DNA from: an uncultured Acidobacteriota bacterium
Lineage (GTDB): Bacteria > Acidobacteriota > Thermoanaerobaculia > UBA5066 > Gp7-AA6
Direction: 5' to 3'
Assembly: GCA_963764715.1 (NCBI GenBank)
Contig: CAVXTP010000010.1
Span: forward strand, 32,001-96,000
Length of the DNA: 64,000 nt
Positions 38,931-48,840 of the stretch are shown one piece after another; the stretch's first letter is position 1; the number at the start of each line of letters is the position of its first letter. The notes beneath the pieces were generated by a model. It saw nothing but the letters and a program-made list of their open reading frames with translations. It made no database searches and was not told where the DNA came from. Both the position numbers and the translations under genes were made by a program.

Positions 38931-40829
38931 TCAGAAGGAGACGGCGACGCCGCCGAGGAGCCGGTTCGCGGTCGCCTTCTCGTCCTGGGGCTCGGCGACG
39001 GCCGTGCCCCTCGCCTGCTCGAAGGCGACGAGGAGCTTCCAGTCGGCGCCGAACGGCGTCAGGCCGATGATCGACAGGTCCTGCGCGACCGAGAGGGCGA
39101 GCTTGTCGGCGTCGTTGGCGAGCGTCGAGGCCGGCGTCTGGAGATTCTGCCGCAGGCTCCGGACGAGGACGGCGAAGCCGGTCCGCGTGGGCAGGACCTG
39201 GATCGCGGCGCGCGCCGAGTAGAAGTGGCCGGTGTTCGACGTGATGCCGTAGTAGCCGCTCGATTCCGGGGAGACCTCGCCGTCGATCGAGCCGTAGCGG
39301 ACCGAAACGCTGCCCGCGAGCGTGTCCGTCAGCTTCTTCTCGACCGTGGCGCGGTACTGGCGCACGGAGTTGCCGTCGAGCAGGTAGACGCTGTCGAAGT
39401 CGGTCAGGAAGTCGCCCTCGAAGAACGCCCGGACGAGCTCGCCCATGCGCTGCTGCGAGACCTCGAACTGGAGCGTCGAGTCGGACCCGACCCGGCGCGA
39501 CACGCCGATCGCGTAGGACTGCGTGGCGGCGGGCTCGAGGCTGTCCTCGATCGAGCCGACGCGGGGCATCACCGTCGGGTTGGCGGTCGAGCCGGCCACG
39601 CGGTACAGGCCGCGGACGTAGAGGGTCGCGGGCCCGAAGTCGTAGCTCGCGCCCGCCGTGGGGGCGATCCCGTAGGCCGACGTGCCGCTGCCCATGTAGC
39701 GCGCGACGACGCCGCCCTGGAGCAGCACCTGGTCCGTGACCTTGACCGACGTGCCGGCCGCGAGGTCCGCGTCGGGCGCCGACTGGTAGAAGGCGCCGTC
39801 GACGCCCACACCCGACGGGCCGACCGTCGCTTCGCTGTGCCGGTAAGTCATCGCGACCGAGACGCCCGGCGTGTCCGTCGCGGCGCGGCCGTACTGTCCG
39901 TTGACCTCCCAGGTGCGGGACGCGAGCGGGAAGATCGTCGTGCCGAGGGCGGTCGCGCGGTACAGGTTGGCTTCCTCGATGTAGCGCGCGGCGACCGACT
40001 CGACGCGGCCCTCTTCGGCGCCGCGGCTCCAGGAGACCGCGTGCGACTGGAGGCTCGCGGGGCTGTCGCCGAAGGACAGCGTGTTGCGCCGCGTCGAGAG
40101 GCGGAGCTTGTCGGCCGCCGACGTCGCGACGTCGAGCGCGAGGCCGGCCGCGTTGCCGGTCGTCTCGCCTTCCTCGACCTGGCCGCCGAGCGCGGAGTAG
40201 TCGCCGCTGATGCCGTACTGCCAGCCGTTGGGAAGCCCCCCGTGCAGGCCGACCGCGGTGCGCGACAGGGCGCCCGTCGATGCGGCGGAGACGTCCGTCA
40301 TGGTCTGGACCTCGCCCGCGAGCAGGCGCGAGACTGGGATGCTCGGCTGCGGCGAGGCCGCCGCCTCCGCTTCCTTGGTCGCCTGCTCCGGCGAGGGATC
40401 GATGCCGAGCTCGCGCAGCACGTCGGTCGGCAGCCGGTCACGCAGGTCCCACATCGTCACGGGCTCGACCGGCACGGGCGTGTCGCCGCCCTTCTTCGTG
40501 AGCGCGATCGAGACGGCCGAGACCTGGTCCGCCGTCGCCTGGTGCCAGAGCCGCTGCATCGCCGGCTCGAATCCGCGCTTGTACGCGATGAGGTCGTAGA
40601 CGCCGGCCGGCGCCGACGCGAGCACGAACGTCCCGTCGGTCGCCGTGCGCATCCGGGTCAGCGACGAGTCGCCCAGGTTGTACGCGATCACGAGAACGCC
40701 CGCGACGGGCGCCTGCTGGTGACGCACGACACCGGAGATCGGAGGAGCCGGCGGGGCCGCGTACATCGACGAGGCCGCTCCGCCGAGGAGCAGCGCCGTG
40801 AACGCGAGCGAGAGGAGGCGCCGTCTCAT
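38931..40829 (-). CDS. Outer-membrane protein: carboxypeptidase-regulatory-like N-domain plus probable beta-barrel
   Basis: Signal peptide; ISGVV..PVAGV..T.TDGTF..PAGVY; amphipathic strands; terminal Phe (GGVAVSF). Confidence 0.7.
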   Translation of the reverse strand: MRRRLLSLAFTALLLGGAASSMYAAPPAPPISGVVRHQQAPVAGVLVIAYNLGDSSLTRMRTATDGTFVLASAPAGVYDLIAYKRGFEPAMQRLWHQATADQVSAVSIALTKKGGDTPVPVEPVTMWDLRDRLPTDVLRELGIDPSPEQATKEAEAAASPQPSIPVSRLLAGEVQTMTDVSAASTGALSRTAVGLHGGLPNGWQYGISGDYSALGGQVEEGETTGNAAGLALDVATSAADKLRLSTRRNTLSFGDSPASLQSHAVSWSRGAEEGRVESVAARYIEEANLYRATALGTTIFPLASRTWEVNGQYGRAATDTPGVSVAMTYRHSEATVGPSGVGVDGAFYQSAPDADLAAGTSVKVTDQVLLQGGVVARYMGSGTSAYGIAPTAGASYDFGPATLYVRGLYRVAGSTANPTVMPRVGSIEDSLEPAATQSYAIGVSRRVGSDSTLQFEVSQQRMGELVRAFFEGDFLTDFDSVYLLDGNSVRQYRATVEKKLTDTLAGSVSVRYGSIDGEVSPESSGYYGITSNTGHFYSARAAIQVLPTRTGFAVLVRSLRQNLQTPASTLANDADKLALSVAQDLSIIGLTPFGADWKLLVAFEQARGTAVAEPQDEKATANRLLGGVAVSF

Positions 40830-41027
40830 ATGCCGGGCCCGAAGGTCCAGCTCCGGAGTATAGATTTCCTGCGTGTCAATTGCCACCGGTTCGGCGACTC
40901 CTCGGTCGGGGCAACGGCCTCGCCGAAGCCCATATTCCTGAGGAGTTTCCGAGGCCTCTCCGGAGGACACCGGCCGATCCCGGAAAGCCCCGATCTCGTC
41001 CCCCGAAAGAGGGCGGTCCTCCCGCGT

Positions 41028-41939
41028 TCAGCGGGAGCCGCGGTCCCAGGAAAACAGGCCCTTCAGGACCTGGCCGGCGATCGACGGGTTCTCCTTGAGG
41101 CGCCGCACCGAGTAGGCGTACCAGGACTCGCCGTAGGGCACGTACACGCGCAGGCGGTGGCCGTCGGCGACGAGGCGGCGGCGGAGCGTGCCGGCGACGC
41201 CGAGGAGCATCTGGAACTCGTACTGCTCGCGGCCGAGCCCCCGCCGGCGGATCGACGCCAGCGAGCGCTCGACGAGGAGCGGGTCGTGCGTGGCGATGCC
41301 GACGTAGCACTTCGCGTCGAACAGGATGTCGACGAGCTCCATGTAGGCCTGGCGGATGCGCTCCCGGTCCTGGTGCGCGATCGGGGGGGGCTCGACGTAG
41401 ATGCCCTTGCACACGCGCACGTTGCCGAGGACCTCCGCCACGCGGCGCGCGTCGTCGGGGCTGCGGTGGAGGTAGGCCTGGAGCACGATCCCGACGCGCT
41501 CGTACCTCCGGCGGAACTCGAAGTAGATCCGGAGGGTCTCCTCGGTCACCGACGAGTCCTCCATGTCGATGCGGACGAAGTTGCCGTGCTTGCGCGCCGC
41601 CTCGACGATCCGCGCGAACTGGGTGCGGCAGAACGCCGGGTCGAGCTTGAGGCCGAGCGCCGTGAGCTTGACCGAGACGTTCGAGTCGAGGCGGCGGGCG
41701 GCGATCTCCTCGAGCGCCTTCTCGTAGGCCCGCGTCGTCTGCTCGCACTCCTCGCGCCGCGTGACGTCCTCGCCGAGAACGTCGAGCGTCGCCATGCAGC
41801 CGTCGGCGTTGAGGCGCCCGACGAGGTCCATCGCCTGCGCGAGGGTCTCGCCGGCGACGTAGCGCGAGGCGAAGCGCTTCACGATCGATTTGGGGACGAG
41901 GGGGAGCGTGCGGACGATCGCCGCGTTCAGGGCCTTCAT
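41028..41939 (-). CDS. Monofunctional proline dehydrogenase
   Basis: RYVAGE; SVKLTALG; RIDMEDS; RVCKGIY; ATHD; EFQMLLG; YVPYG..RRLKE. Confidence 0.93.
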   Translation of the reverse strand: MKALNAAIVRTLPLVPKSIVKRFASRYVAGETLAQAMDLVGRLNADGCMATLDVLGEDVTRREECEQTTRAYEKALEEIAARRLDSNVSVKLTALGLKLDPAFCRTQFARIVEAARKHGNFVRIDMEDSSVTEETLRIYFEFRRRYERVGIVLQAYLHRSPDDARRVAEVLGNVRVCKGIYVEPPPIAHQDRERIRQAYMELVDILFDAKCYVGIATHDPLLVERSLASIRRRGLGREQYEFQMLLGVAGTLRRRLVADGHRLRVYVPYGESWYAYSVRRLKENPSIAGQVLKGLFSWDRGSR

Positions 41940-42667
41940 GCCGCCTCCGGCGCGTCGGCGCGGGAGGCGCGCGCGAAGCACCAGACATCGACGCGGCGGG
42001 CGCCCGCCTCGGCGAGCCGCCGCGCGCACTCCCGCGCGGTCGCGCCCGAGGTCGCGACGTCGTCGACGAGAAGGACGCGCTCGGCCGGCCGTCCCGCGGT
42101 CGCGAAGGCCCGGCGCACGTTGGCGCCGCGCTCGGAGAGCGGAAGGCGGCTCTGGACCTCGGTCTCCCGGCGCTTGACGAGCCGGCGCCGCGCGAAGGGG
42201 ATTTCGAGCCGCCGGGACAGCTCGAGCGCGAGGACCTCGGCCGGGTTGTACCCGCGGGCGCGGCGCGACCGCGCGGTCGTCGGCACGCAGGCGATCTCGG
42301 CCGAGTCGGGCCGCGGGAGGCGGTCGGCCATGGCGCCCGCCAGGTGCGCGCCGAGATAGTCGGCGCCGCGGAACTTGAAGGCGAGGAGGATCTCCCGCGC
42401 CGAACCGGCGTACGGCGCGGCGCCGCGCAGCGCGTCGAACGGGGGCGGGTCGAGGAGGCAGCGGCCGCAGAGCGCCGGGGCGTCCGCCCCCGGCAGCGCC
42501 TCGTCGCATCGGGCGCAGCGTTCGCGGCCGCTCCCGCGCGCCGGAAGGGCCCGCCAGCAGCGGTCGCAGACGCCGCCCGCGAGGAACCGTTCCACCGGGC
42601 GCTCCCGGCAGGCGAGGCAGTCCGACGGCAGAACGAACCCCGCCGCCGCCCTTGCGACTTGGATCAC
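41936..42667 (-). CDS. comF: ComF family protein (double zinc ribbon + PRTase)
   Basis: Four CxxC pairs; RGYN; LLVDDVATSGAT. Confidence 0.9.
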   Translation of the reverse strand: MIQVARAAAGFVLPSDCLACRERPVERFLAGGVCDRCWRALPARGSGRERCARCDEALPGADAPALCGRCLLDPPPFDALRGAAPYAGSAREILLAFKFRGADYLGAHLAGAMADRLPRPDSAEIACVPTTARSRRARGYNPAEVLALELSRRLEIPFARRRLVKRRETEVQSRLPLSERGANVRRAFATAGRPAERVLLVDDVATSGATARECARRLAEAGARRVDVWCFARASRADAPEAA

Positions 42668-42780
42668 GACGTCCGACCTCAGCGTTTTCCCTCTCGGGTC
42701 CGTAGAAAACGAAGCGGCGGGATTGTAGCCTTATCCCGCCCGATGCATTCGGGGAGAGTGCGGAAGGCGGGGAGGTTCCT

Positions 42781-43368
42781 TTGAAGATCAATCGGACGGC
42801 GCTCGTCGCGTTTGCGGCGCTGGCGGCCCTGGCGCGGCCCGCCGCCGCGCAGCGCTTCGGGGTCGGTGGAACGGCCGGAATCGTCAACGACGTCTCGAGC
42901 GACGTCGAGTTCTCCGGGTTCAAGTGGGGCGAGGCGACGGGCTGGTTCCAATACACGATGGACGAAGGCGTGCTTCTTCGAATGACCTACGGCTCGATGT
43001 GGACGCAGCAGGCGAGCTCGGGCTCGACGGTCACGACGCCGAGCGGGAGCCTGACGCTGCCCGAGATGAACGAGCGGATCGGCTACGGAATCGTCAGCGT
43101 CTCGTACCTCTTCTGGGAAGGCTTCTTCACGTCCGGGCTCTTCGCCGGGATCGGCGGCTACGGGATCCGGCCGGACGAGGTGCCCGCGGCGGCGCAGCCC
43201 TACACCGACCGTCACGAGACGGTCTTCGGCTGGCACGCGGGCGCCGACGGCGAGTTCAAGGTCTGGAAGAACGTCGGCCTTGTGATCCGGCTCACGTACC
43301 ACAACGTCTCGGCGCACCCGCACCGTCAGTTCGTGAACGCGGACGGGGGATTCGTGGCGCGGTTCTAG
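42781..43368 (+). CDS. Small outer-membrane beta-barrel protein
   Basis: Signal peptide; alternating beta strands; C-terminal FVARF. Confidence 0.7.
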   Translation: MKINRTALVAFAALAALARPAAAQRFGVGGTAGIVNDVSSDVEFSGFKWGEATGWFQYTMDEGVLLRMTYGSMWTQQASSGSTVTTPSGSLTLPEMNERIGYGIVSVSYLFWEGFFTSGLFAGIGGYGIRPDEVPAAAQPYTDRHETVFGWHAGADGEFKVWKNVGLVIRLTYHNVSAHPHRQFVNADGGFVARF

Positions 43369-43373
43369 GGTCG

Positions 43374-43404
43374 GGAGGCAGGAGGGGGCAGGAGGCAGGA
43401 GGCA
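43374..43404 (+). repeat. (GGAGGCA)n heptamer array
   Basis: Same unit as 30903-30937. Confidence 0.65.
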
Positions 43405-43419
43405 GACCGCGGGCCGCGG

Positions 43420-43908
43420 CTACTTCGGCTCTTTTTCCTTTTCCAGCATGTCGGGGATGAGCGGGAGCAGCGTCGATTCCTTCTTGGCCGACAGCGAGAT
43501 CTGCGCCTGGATGCGCGTGACGCCCTTGATCGACAGGATGCGGCGCTGGAGGAAGTCGGCGAGCCCCGCCGGATCGGCGGCCTTGACCTTGAGCCGATAG
43601 GCGAAATCGCCCGCCAGGTAGTGGCATTCCTGGACGCCCAGGAGCTTTTCGAGATCGTCGACGAAGCCCTTCTCGAACCGCGGATGCTCGAGCGCGACGT
43701 CCACGTAAGCGGTCAGGGGCAGCCCCATCTTTTCGTGATCGAGGAGCGCGACGAAGCCCTTGATCATCCCGTGGCGCTCCATCTTCTTGATGCGCTCGTT
43801 GACCGAGGGCGTGGTGAGGCCGACCGCTCCCGCGATGCGAGCCTGCGACAACTTCCCGTTGCGCTGGAGCATGTCGAGAATCCTCAGGTCGATTTCGTCG
43901 ATGCTCAT
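43420..43908 (-). CDS. Lrp/AsnC family regulator
   Basis: IDEIDLRIL..LQRNG; VGLTTPSVNERIKKME; ECHYLAGD. Confidence 0.95.
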   Translation of the reverse strand: MSIDEIDLRILDMLQRNGKLSQARIAGAVGLTTPSVNERIKKMERHGMIKGFVALLDHEKMGLPLTAYVDVALEHPRFEKGFVDDLEKLLGVQECHYLAGDFAYRLKVKAADPAGLADFLQRRILSIKGVTRIQAQISLSAKKESTLLPLIPDMLEKEKEPK

Positions 43909-44033
43909 GAGCGAAAACGCCCTCGTCGTTGCCTTATAAGATTAGATACTTGGAAGCTTAAGACTAATAATATTAGCCTCCAAACGGGTGTCAATGGCCT
44001 AATTTCGGGCGTCGCTATAATGCCCGCGACCTC

Positions 44034-45056
44034 ATGGCAAAACGCGACTACTACGAGGTCCTGGGCGTGCCCAAGGGGGCTTCGGAAGCCGAGGTCAAGA
44101 AGGCCTACCGGCGGCTGGCCCGAAAGCTCCATCCGGACGTCAATCCGGGCGATAAAGCGGCCCAGAAGCGCTTCCAGGAGGCCCAGGAGGCCTACGACGT
44201 CCTCAAGGACGAGGACAAGCGCCGGGCCTACGACCGGTTCGGCCACGCCGGGCCCGGGGCCGGATTTGACCCTCGGTCAGGCGGGGCGGGCTTCCCCGGG
44301 GGCTTTCCGGGCGGGGCCGGGGGGGCGGGCGGCGGGAGCCCCTTCGAGGGCGTTCACTTCGAGTCCGGCGACTTCGGGGACCTTTTCGGGAACCTCTTCG
44401 GCGGGCGCCGCGCGACCGGGCCGCAGGCTGGCGAGGACCTCCGAGGGCAGATCGAGGTGCCGTTTCGCGACGCGGTCCTCGGCGGCACGGCCTCGCTCGC
44501 GCTCCGGCGCGAGAAAGCCTGCCCGACCTGCGGAGGCACCGGGCGCACCGGCAAGACCGTGTGCGCGACCTGCCGCGGCGAGGGCGTCGTCGCGGAGTCC
44601 GAGCGCGTGCGCATCAAGATCCCGGAGGGAACCGAGGACGGCGGGACGATCCGCGTCCCCGGCAAGGGCGCTCCCGGCGCCCGCGGCGGCCCCGTCGGCG
44701 ATCTCTACGTGACGGTGCGCGTGACGCCGCACGCGTACTTCGAGCGCCAGGGCAACGACATCCACGGCGTGGTCCCGATCACGGTGAAAGAGGCGTACGC
44801 CGGCGCCGAGATCGAGGTGCCGACGATCCACGGCACCGTGACCGCGCGCATCCCGCCGGGCACCCAGGGTCGCCAGCGGTTCCGTCTTCGTGGAAAGGGC
44901 GTCAAGGACCCGCGCTCGGGCGGCGCCGGCGATCACATCTACAGCGTGCGGGTGATGATCCCCAGGAGCCAGAGCCCGGCCGGGATGGACGCGGCGACGC
45001 TCCTCGATTCGCTCTACGAAGGCGACGTGCGCGCCGAGTTGCCCAAGGGACTCTAG
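44034..45056 (+). CDS. dnaJ: DnaJ-family co-chaperone with a half zinc finger
   Basis: J domain with HPD; G/F region; only two CxxCxGxG repeats; C-terminal domains. Confidence 0.8.
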   Translation: MAKRDYYEVLGVPKGASEAEVKKAYRRLARKLHPDVNPGDKAAQKRFQEAQEAYDVLKDEDKRRAYDRFGHAGPGAGFDPRSGGAGFPGGFPGGAGGAGGGSPFEGVHFESGDFGDLFGNLFGGRRATGPQAGEDLRGQIEVPFRDAVLGGTASLALRREKACPTCGGTGRTGKTVCATCRGEGVVAESERVRIKIPEGTEDGGTIRVPGKGAPGARGGPVGDLYVTVRVTPHAYFERQGNDIHGVVPITVKEAYAGAEIEVPTIHGTVTARIPPGTQGRQRFRLRGKGVKDPRSGGAGDHIYSVRVMIPRSQSPAGMDAATLLDSLYEGDVRAELPKGL

Positions 45057-45064
45057 GCGCAGCC

Positions 45065-45092
45065 TGCTTACTGCTTACTGCTTACTGCTTAC
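45065..45092 (-). repeat. Heptamer tandem repeat (GTAAGCA)x4
   Basis: tgcttac x4; reverse complement of the 7307 array. Confidence 0.9.
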
Positions 45093-45103
45093 TGCCGCCC
45101 GTC

Positions 45104-45541
45104 CTACCGTCCCTCCGCCATCTTCCCCGCCAGCGTCATGCACGTGCTCGAGGCGCGCGCGACGAGGCTTCCGCCTTCGTCGAGGATGTCGCACTCGGCC
45201 ATGCCCACCGTCTTGCCGCGCTTGACGACCCGGGCGGTCGCGGTCAGGCGGGAGGCCCAGACCGGCTTGAAGAAGTTGATCTTGAGCTCGAGCGTCGTGA
45301 AGCTCTCGTCGTCCGAGAGCGTCGAGGCGTAGGCGATCCCCATCGCGGCGTCGGCGAGGTCGCAGAGGATGCCGCCGTGGAGCGTGCCCATCGGGTTGGC
45401 GTGCTGCGGCCCGGCCTCCATCGCGAAGACCGTGCGGCCGGGCTCGACCTCGAGCACGCGGAAGCCGACGAGCTTCGCCACGGGAGGCGGCGGCACGTCG
45501 CCGCGGATCATGCCCCGGACGCGCTCGAGGATCGACGCCAC
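45104..45541 (-). CDS. PaaI family thioesterase
   Basis: HANPMGTLHGG..DAAMG; TLELKINF. Confidence 0.92.
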   Translation of the reverse strand: MASILERVRGMIRGDVPPPPVAKLVGFRVLEVEPGRTVFAMEAGPQHANPMGTLHGGILCDLADAAMGIAYASTLSDDESFTTLELKINFFKPVWASRLTATARVVKRGKTVGMAECDILDEGGSLVARASSTCMTLAGKMAEGR

Positions 45542-45546
45542 GGCGG

Positions 45547-46014
45547 CTACTTCGCGTCGACGGCCGCGAGGATCTCTTCGGCGTGGCCCTCGGGCTTGAC
45601 CTTCGGCCAGACCGCCGCGATCTTTCCCTTCTCGTCGATCAGGTAGGTGACGCGGTGGGTTCCCATGTACTTGCGCCCGTACATGCTCTTTTCGCCCCAG
45701 ACCCCGTAGGCGTTCACGATCTTCTTGTCGGTATCGGCGAGCAGCGTGAACGGCAGCGAGAACTTCTCGGCGAACTTCCTGTGCGACTTCTCGTCGTCGA
45801 TGGAGACGCCGAGGACGGCGACCTTGCGACGCTTCAGCTGCGCCCACGCGTCGCGGAAGGAGCAGGCCTCCTTCGTGCAACCCGGCGTGTCGTCCTTCGG
45901 GTAGAAATAGAGGACGGCCTTCTGCCCCTTGAACTCCGACAGCGAGACCGCCTTTCCGTCCTGGTCCTTCGTCTTGAACGCCGGAGCCTTGTCTCCCACC
46001 TCGAGCAGCGCCAT
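45547..46014 (-). CDS. bcp: Peroxiredoxin Bcp
   Basis: [16 protein letters not shown]. Confidence 0.96.
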   Translation of the reverse strand: MALLEVGDKAPAFKTKDQDGKAVSLSEFKGQKAVLYFYPKDDTPGCTKEACSFRDAWAQLKRRKVAVLGVSIDDEKSHRKFAEKFSLPFTLLADTDKKIVNAYGVWGEKSMYGRKYMGTHRVTYLIDEKGKIAAVWPKVKPEGHAEEILAAVDAK

Positions 46015-46108
46015 GAGCCCACCTCCTGGGTGCGCCGGATTCTAGCGAAGCGAGCCCTTCCCCATTCGATCAAGTGCGGAAATGCCACATCCGTTCGCGG
46101 CGCGCGAA

Positions 46109-46133
46109 GGGCGGCCGCAAGGGCCGCCCCTAC
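46109..46133 (-). repeat. GTAG-type REP palindrome
   Basis: GGGCGGCCGCAAGGGCCGCCCCTAC, identical to 20787-20811. Confidence 0.87.
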
Positions 46134-46225
46134 GACCGGAGCCGACGCCCCTTCCTGTTTTGCGGCAATGCCCTTCCGTTCGCAGCGCGGATAGTCTCCC
46201 GACCGAAGGGAGGGAGGAGGTCCGC

Positions 46226-46337
46226 GCCGCGGGAGCGAAGCGCGAAGTGAAGGGTCAGGCCTGCGGTCGAGCGCCGTCCGCGAGCCGCAGGCCGGTGCGC
46301 CGGAGGCGCAGACCCGCAACGAAGCGCGTAGCGACGG
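46226..46337. repeat. Structured repeat, homolog of 3497-3606
   Basis: GGGTCAGGC..GCGGTCGAGC..GCGAGCCGC..GGTGCGCC..GGCGCAGACCC..GCGACGG. Confidence 0.75.
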
Positions 46338-47432
46338 CTACTTGCGCGATCCCATGCCCACGACGAGGGCGAGCGCCTTGTCGTAGGTCATGGAATCGTC
46401 GACGGCGATCGACCGGACCGGCTCCCAGTCGGCGTCGCCCAGGCGCGAGAACTTGAGCGCGCTGCCGTCCAGCCAATACAGGGTCGGCCGGTAGCCCGCG
46501 CCGATCGAGGTGCCCACGGTGATCGAGGCTCCCCCGGCGTACGCGGCGACGATCGGCGTCATGCGCGAGATCGGTCCCTCGGACGAGACGCCGACGATCG
46601 GAATGTGGCGGCGCTTCCAGTTGACGTTGCCGGCTTCCGAGGGCTTGCCCTGGTCCTCGGGGAACGCGATGCGGATGACCCTGTGCCGCTGGTCGTGCAG
46701 GTCGGCGAAGCTCGCGAGAAAGGCGCCCGAAAGCCCGTCGGTCTGGAGGGCCGGGAAGAGGTAGCTTCCGGACGGAATGTCGCCGGCCGGCGTGTCGCCG
46801 CCGCCGCCGAGAAGCGCCGGGAGGTCGTAGATCGCGAAGCTCGACGGGTCGAAGCTGCCCTCGTCGAGGAAGAGGGTCGCCAGGCGCGCCTGCGTGTACT
46901 GCGACTCCTCCCACCAGATGACCGACAGGATCGACGCCGTCTTCCACGTCGTCACGTCGGAGGCGTCCAGGTACCGGACGGGCTGGTGCGTCACGCGCAT
47001 CTGCGGGTTGCGCGCCCGCGAGATGCCGTCGCTCGGCAGGAGCGCCGAGTTGGTCCAGACGCCGTCGCGGTAGACGCCGATCCGGATGTGCGAGTAGGCC
47101 GAGACGTTCTCGGTCCAGAGGAGCAGCAGCGTCTTGGTCTGGTCGTCGTACTCGAGCTGGAGGCCGTGCTTCTCCTGGTAGGAAACCGTTCCCGGAAGGA
47201 TCTGCGTCGTGATCGTCCCGTCCTGGGCGCGCGCGGACCAGTCGACGACGAGGCTCTCGGGATCGATGCTCGCGTCGGTGATTCCGAGGTCGACCGCCTT
47301 GCCGGAGCGCACGACGTGGAGCGTTCCGTCCGTCGTCAGCACGGTCTGCTCTTCCAGGGCGGACGCGAGCGCCGGCAGCGCCGCGGCGGCGACCGCGAGC
47401 AGGAAGGCGCGGAGGAAACCGGCACGCCGCAT
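46338..47432 (-). CDS. Secreted hypothetical protein, beta-rich
   Basis: Signal peptide MRRAGFLRAFLLAVAAAALPALASA; start overlaps the TPR gene stop. Confidence 0.75.
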   Translation of the reverse strand: MRRAGFLRAFLLAVAAAALPALASALEEQTVLTTDGTLHVVRSGKAVDLGITDASIDPESLVVDWSARAQDGTITTQILPGTVSYQEKHGLQLEYDDQTKTLLLLWTENVSAYSHIRIGVYRDGVWTNSALLPSDGISRARNPQMRVTHQPVRYLDASDVTTWKTASILSVIWWEESQYTQARLATLFLDEGSFDPSSFAIYDLPALLGGGGDTPAGDIPSGSYLFPALQTDGLSGAFLASFADLHDQRHRVIRIAFPEDQGKPSEAGNVNWKRRHIPIVGVSSEGPISRMTPIVAAYAGGASITVGTSIGAGYRPTLYWLDGSALKFSRLGDADWEPVRSIAVDDSMTYDKALALVVGMGSRK

Positions 47433-48346
47433 CAGGCCCTCAGGTTGATCATGCCCATGAGGCTGATCTGGTGGAGGTAGTTCTTGAGCGCCGGGAAATT
47501 CGGGTAGTAGTTGGCGAGCGCGTCGTAGTGCTCTTCGGCCGCGCCGTCTTTCCCGAGCTCGCTGTAGGTTTCCGCCAGGAGGTAGTGGGCGTTCTTCACG
47601 ACGTCGTCGCGTCCGAACTCGCGGCCGAGGCCCAGCGCCCGCACGCCCCACGCCTCGGCTTCGTCGGCCCGGTCGAGCTTGAGCGACGCGAAGCACAGGT
47701 CGAGGCAGGGGTAGTCCATCGCCTGGCGCGTGCCGAGCGACTCGAGCAGCGAGAGCGAGCGCTCGACGAGGGGCAGCCCGACCGGCACCGCGTCGAGGGC
47801 GATGTGGCAGTAGCCCAGGTTGTCGGCGACGACGGCCGCCTCGTTGGAGTGCGCCTGGCCGTTCGCCTCGTAGCGGTCGAGCGATTCCTGGAAGAGCATG
47901 CGCGCCTCGGCGAAGCGGCTCTCGTGGAGCTCGAGATTGGCGAGGAGGTTCGTCGACGCCGCGGTCCACTCCTCGAGCCGGAGCTCGCGGCACTTCTGCA
48001 GCGCGGTCTGGGCGTAGAAGGTCGCCTTCGCGTACTCGCCGCGGACCTCGTGCGCGTGCGCCGACGCGTACGCGGCGAGGGCCGAGTTCGGAGAGCCGGG
48101 CGAGCGGAGCACGATCTCCTTCAGCCGGGAGAGATCGAAGTCCTGCCGGTCCATCTCGAGGAGCGTGGTCGCCCGGTTGCACGTGAACAGGTCCTCGATC
48201 TCGCGGTCCTTCCAGGAACGGGCGAGGGCGAGGCCGTCCTCGTAGAGCGTCAGGGCGCGCTCATAGTCCCCGCTCCAGATCGCCTCCTTGGCGGTCTTGC
48301 GGAGAAACTCCAGGTGCTTTCGGCGGTCGCCCATCTCTATCGGCAA
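47432..48346 (-). CDS. Cytoplasmic TPR protein
   Basis: Helical TPR-like repeats; no signal peptide; start may be ATG 48334. Confidence 0.82.
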   Translation of the reverse strand: MPIEMGDRRKHLEFLRKTAKEAIWSGDYERALTLYEDGLALARSWKDREIEDLFTCNRATTLLEMDRQDFDLSRLKEIVLRSPGSPNSALAAYASAHAHEVRGEYAKATFYAQTALQKCRELRLEEWTAASTNLLANLELHESRFAEARMLFQESLDRYEANGQAHSNEAAVVADNLGYCHIALDAVPVGLPLVERSLSLLESLGTRQAMDYPCLDLCFASLKLDRADEAEAWGVRALGLGREFGRDDVVKNAHYLLAETYSELGKDGAAEEHYDALANYYPNFPALKNYLHQISLMGMINLRA

Positions 48347-48386
48347 GTGGCCTTACTCCCGGATTCTAGGCCACGATCGAGGCGGC

Positions 48387-48779
48387 TCAACGGTTTTCTT
48401 CCCCATCGGTGTCGGCGGGCACATCGGCCGCGGTCCGCGGCTCCGCTTCCTGCTGCTGCTTGAATCGGACGAAATCGCGCACTTCCTGCCGGGCCTCGTC
48501 CGAGAGGGTCCGGATCTCGCCGACGAGGTCGCGCGTGTCCTTCTCGGCGGGAGTCTCGGTCTCGCCGAAGAACTCGCCCATCTTGAGGTCGAAGACCTGG
48601 AGGATCTTGAAGAGCGTGTCGAGGCCGACCTTGTACTCGCCCTGTTCCATGCGGGAGAGGTCGGACTGAGCGACACCGATCTTCTCGGAGAGCTCCGTCT
48701 GGGTGAGATGCCGCCCTTTGCGCAGCTCACGAATGCGCGAGCCAACGAGTGCGACCTTGCGCGGCGAATGGGACGACAT
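48387..48779 (-). CDS. XRE-family HTH regulator
   Basis: GSRIRELRK..LTQTELSEKIGVAQSDLSRMEQG. Confidence 0.92.
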   Translation of the reverse strand: MSSHSPRKVALVGSRIRELRKGRHLTQTELSEKIGVAQSDLSRMEQGEYKVGLDTLFKILQVFDLKMGEFFGETETPAEKDTRDLVGEIRTLSDEARQEVRDFVRFKQQQEAEPRTAADVPADTDGEENR

Positions 48780-48840
48780 GGCTTGTTCCGGAAATGCTAT
48801 TAAAACATAGGTTGCCCGTCTATACTCCGGAATCTTCGAC

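Noticed and set aside
40870-40885. sigma54 promoter upstream of the OMP gene (GG-N10-GC)
   Set aside because: Poor -12 element (ACGC); TGGCAA-17 nt-TATACT fits sigma70 better.
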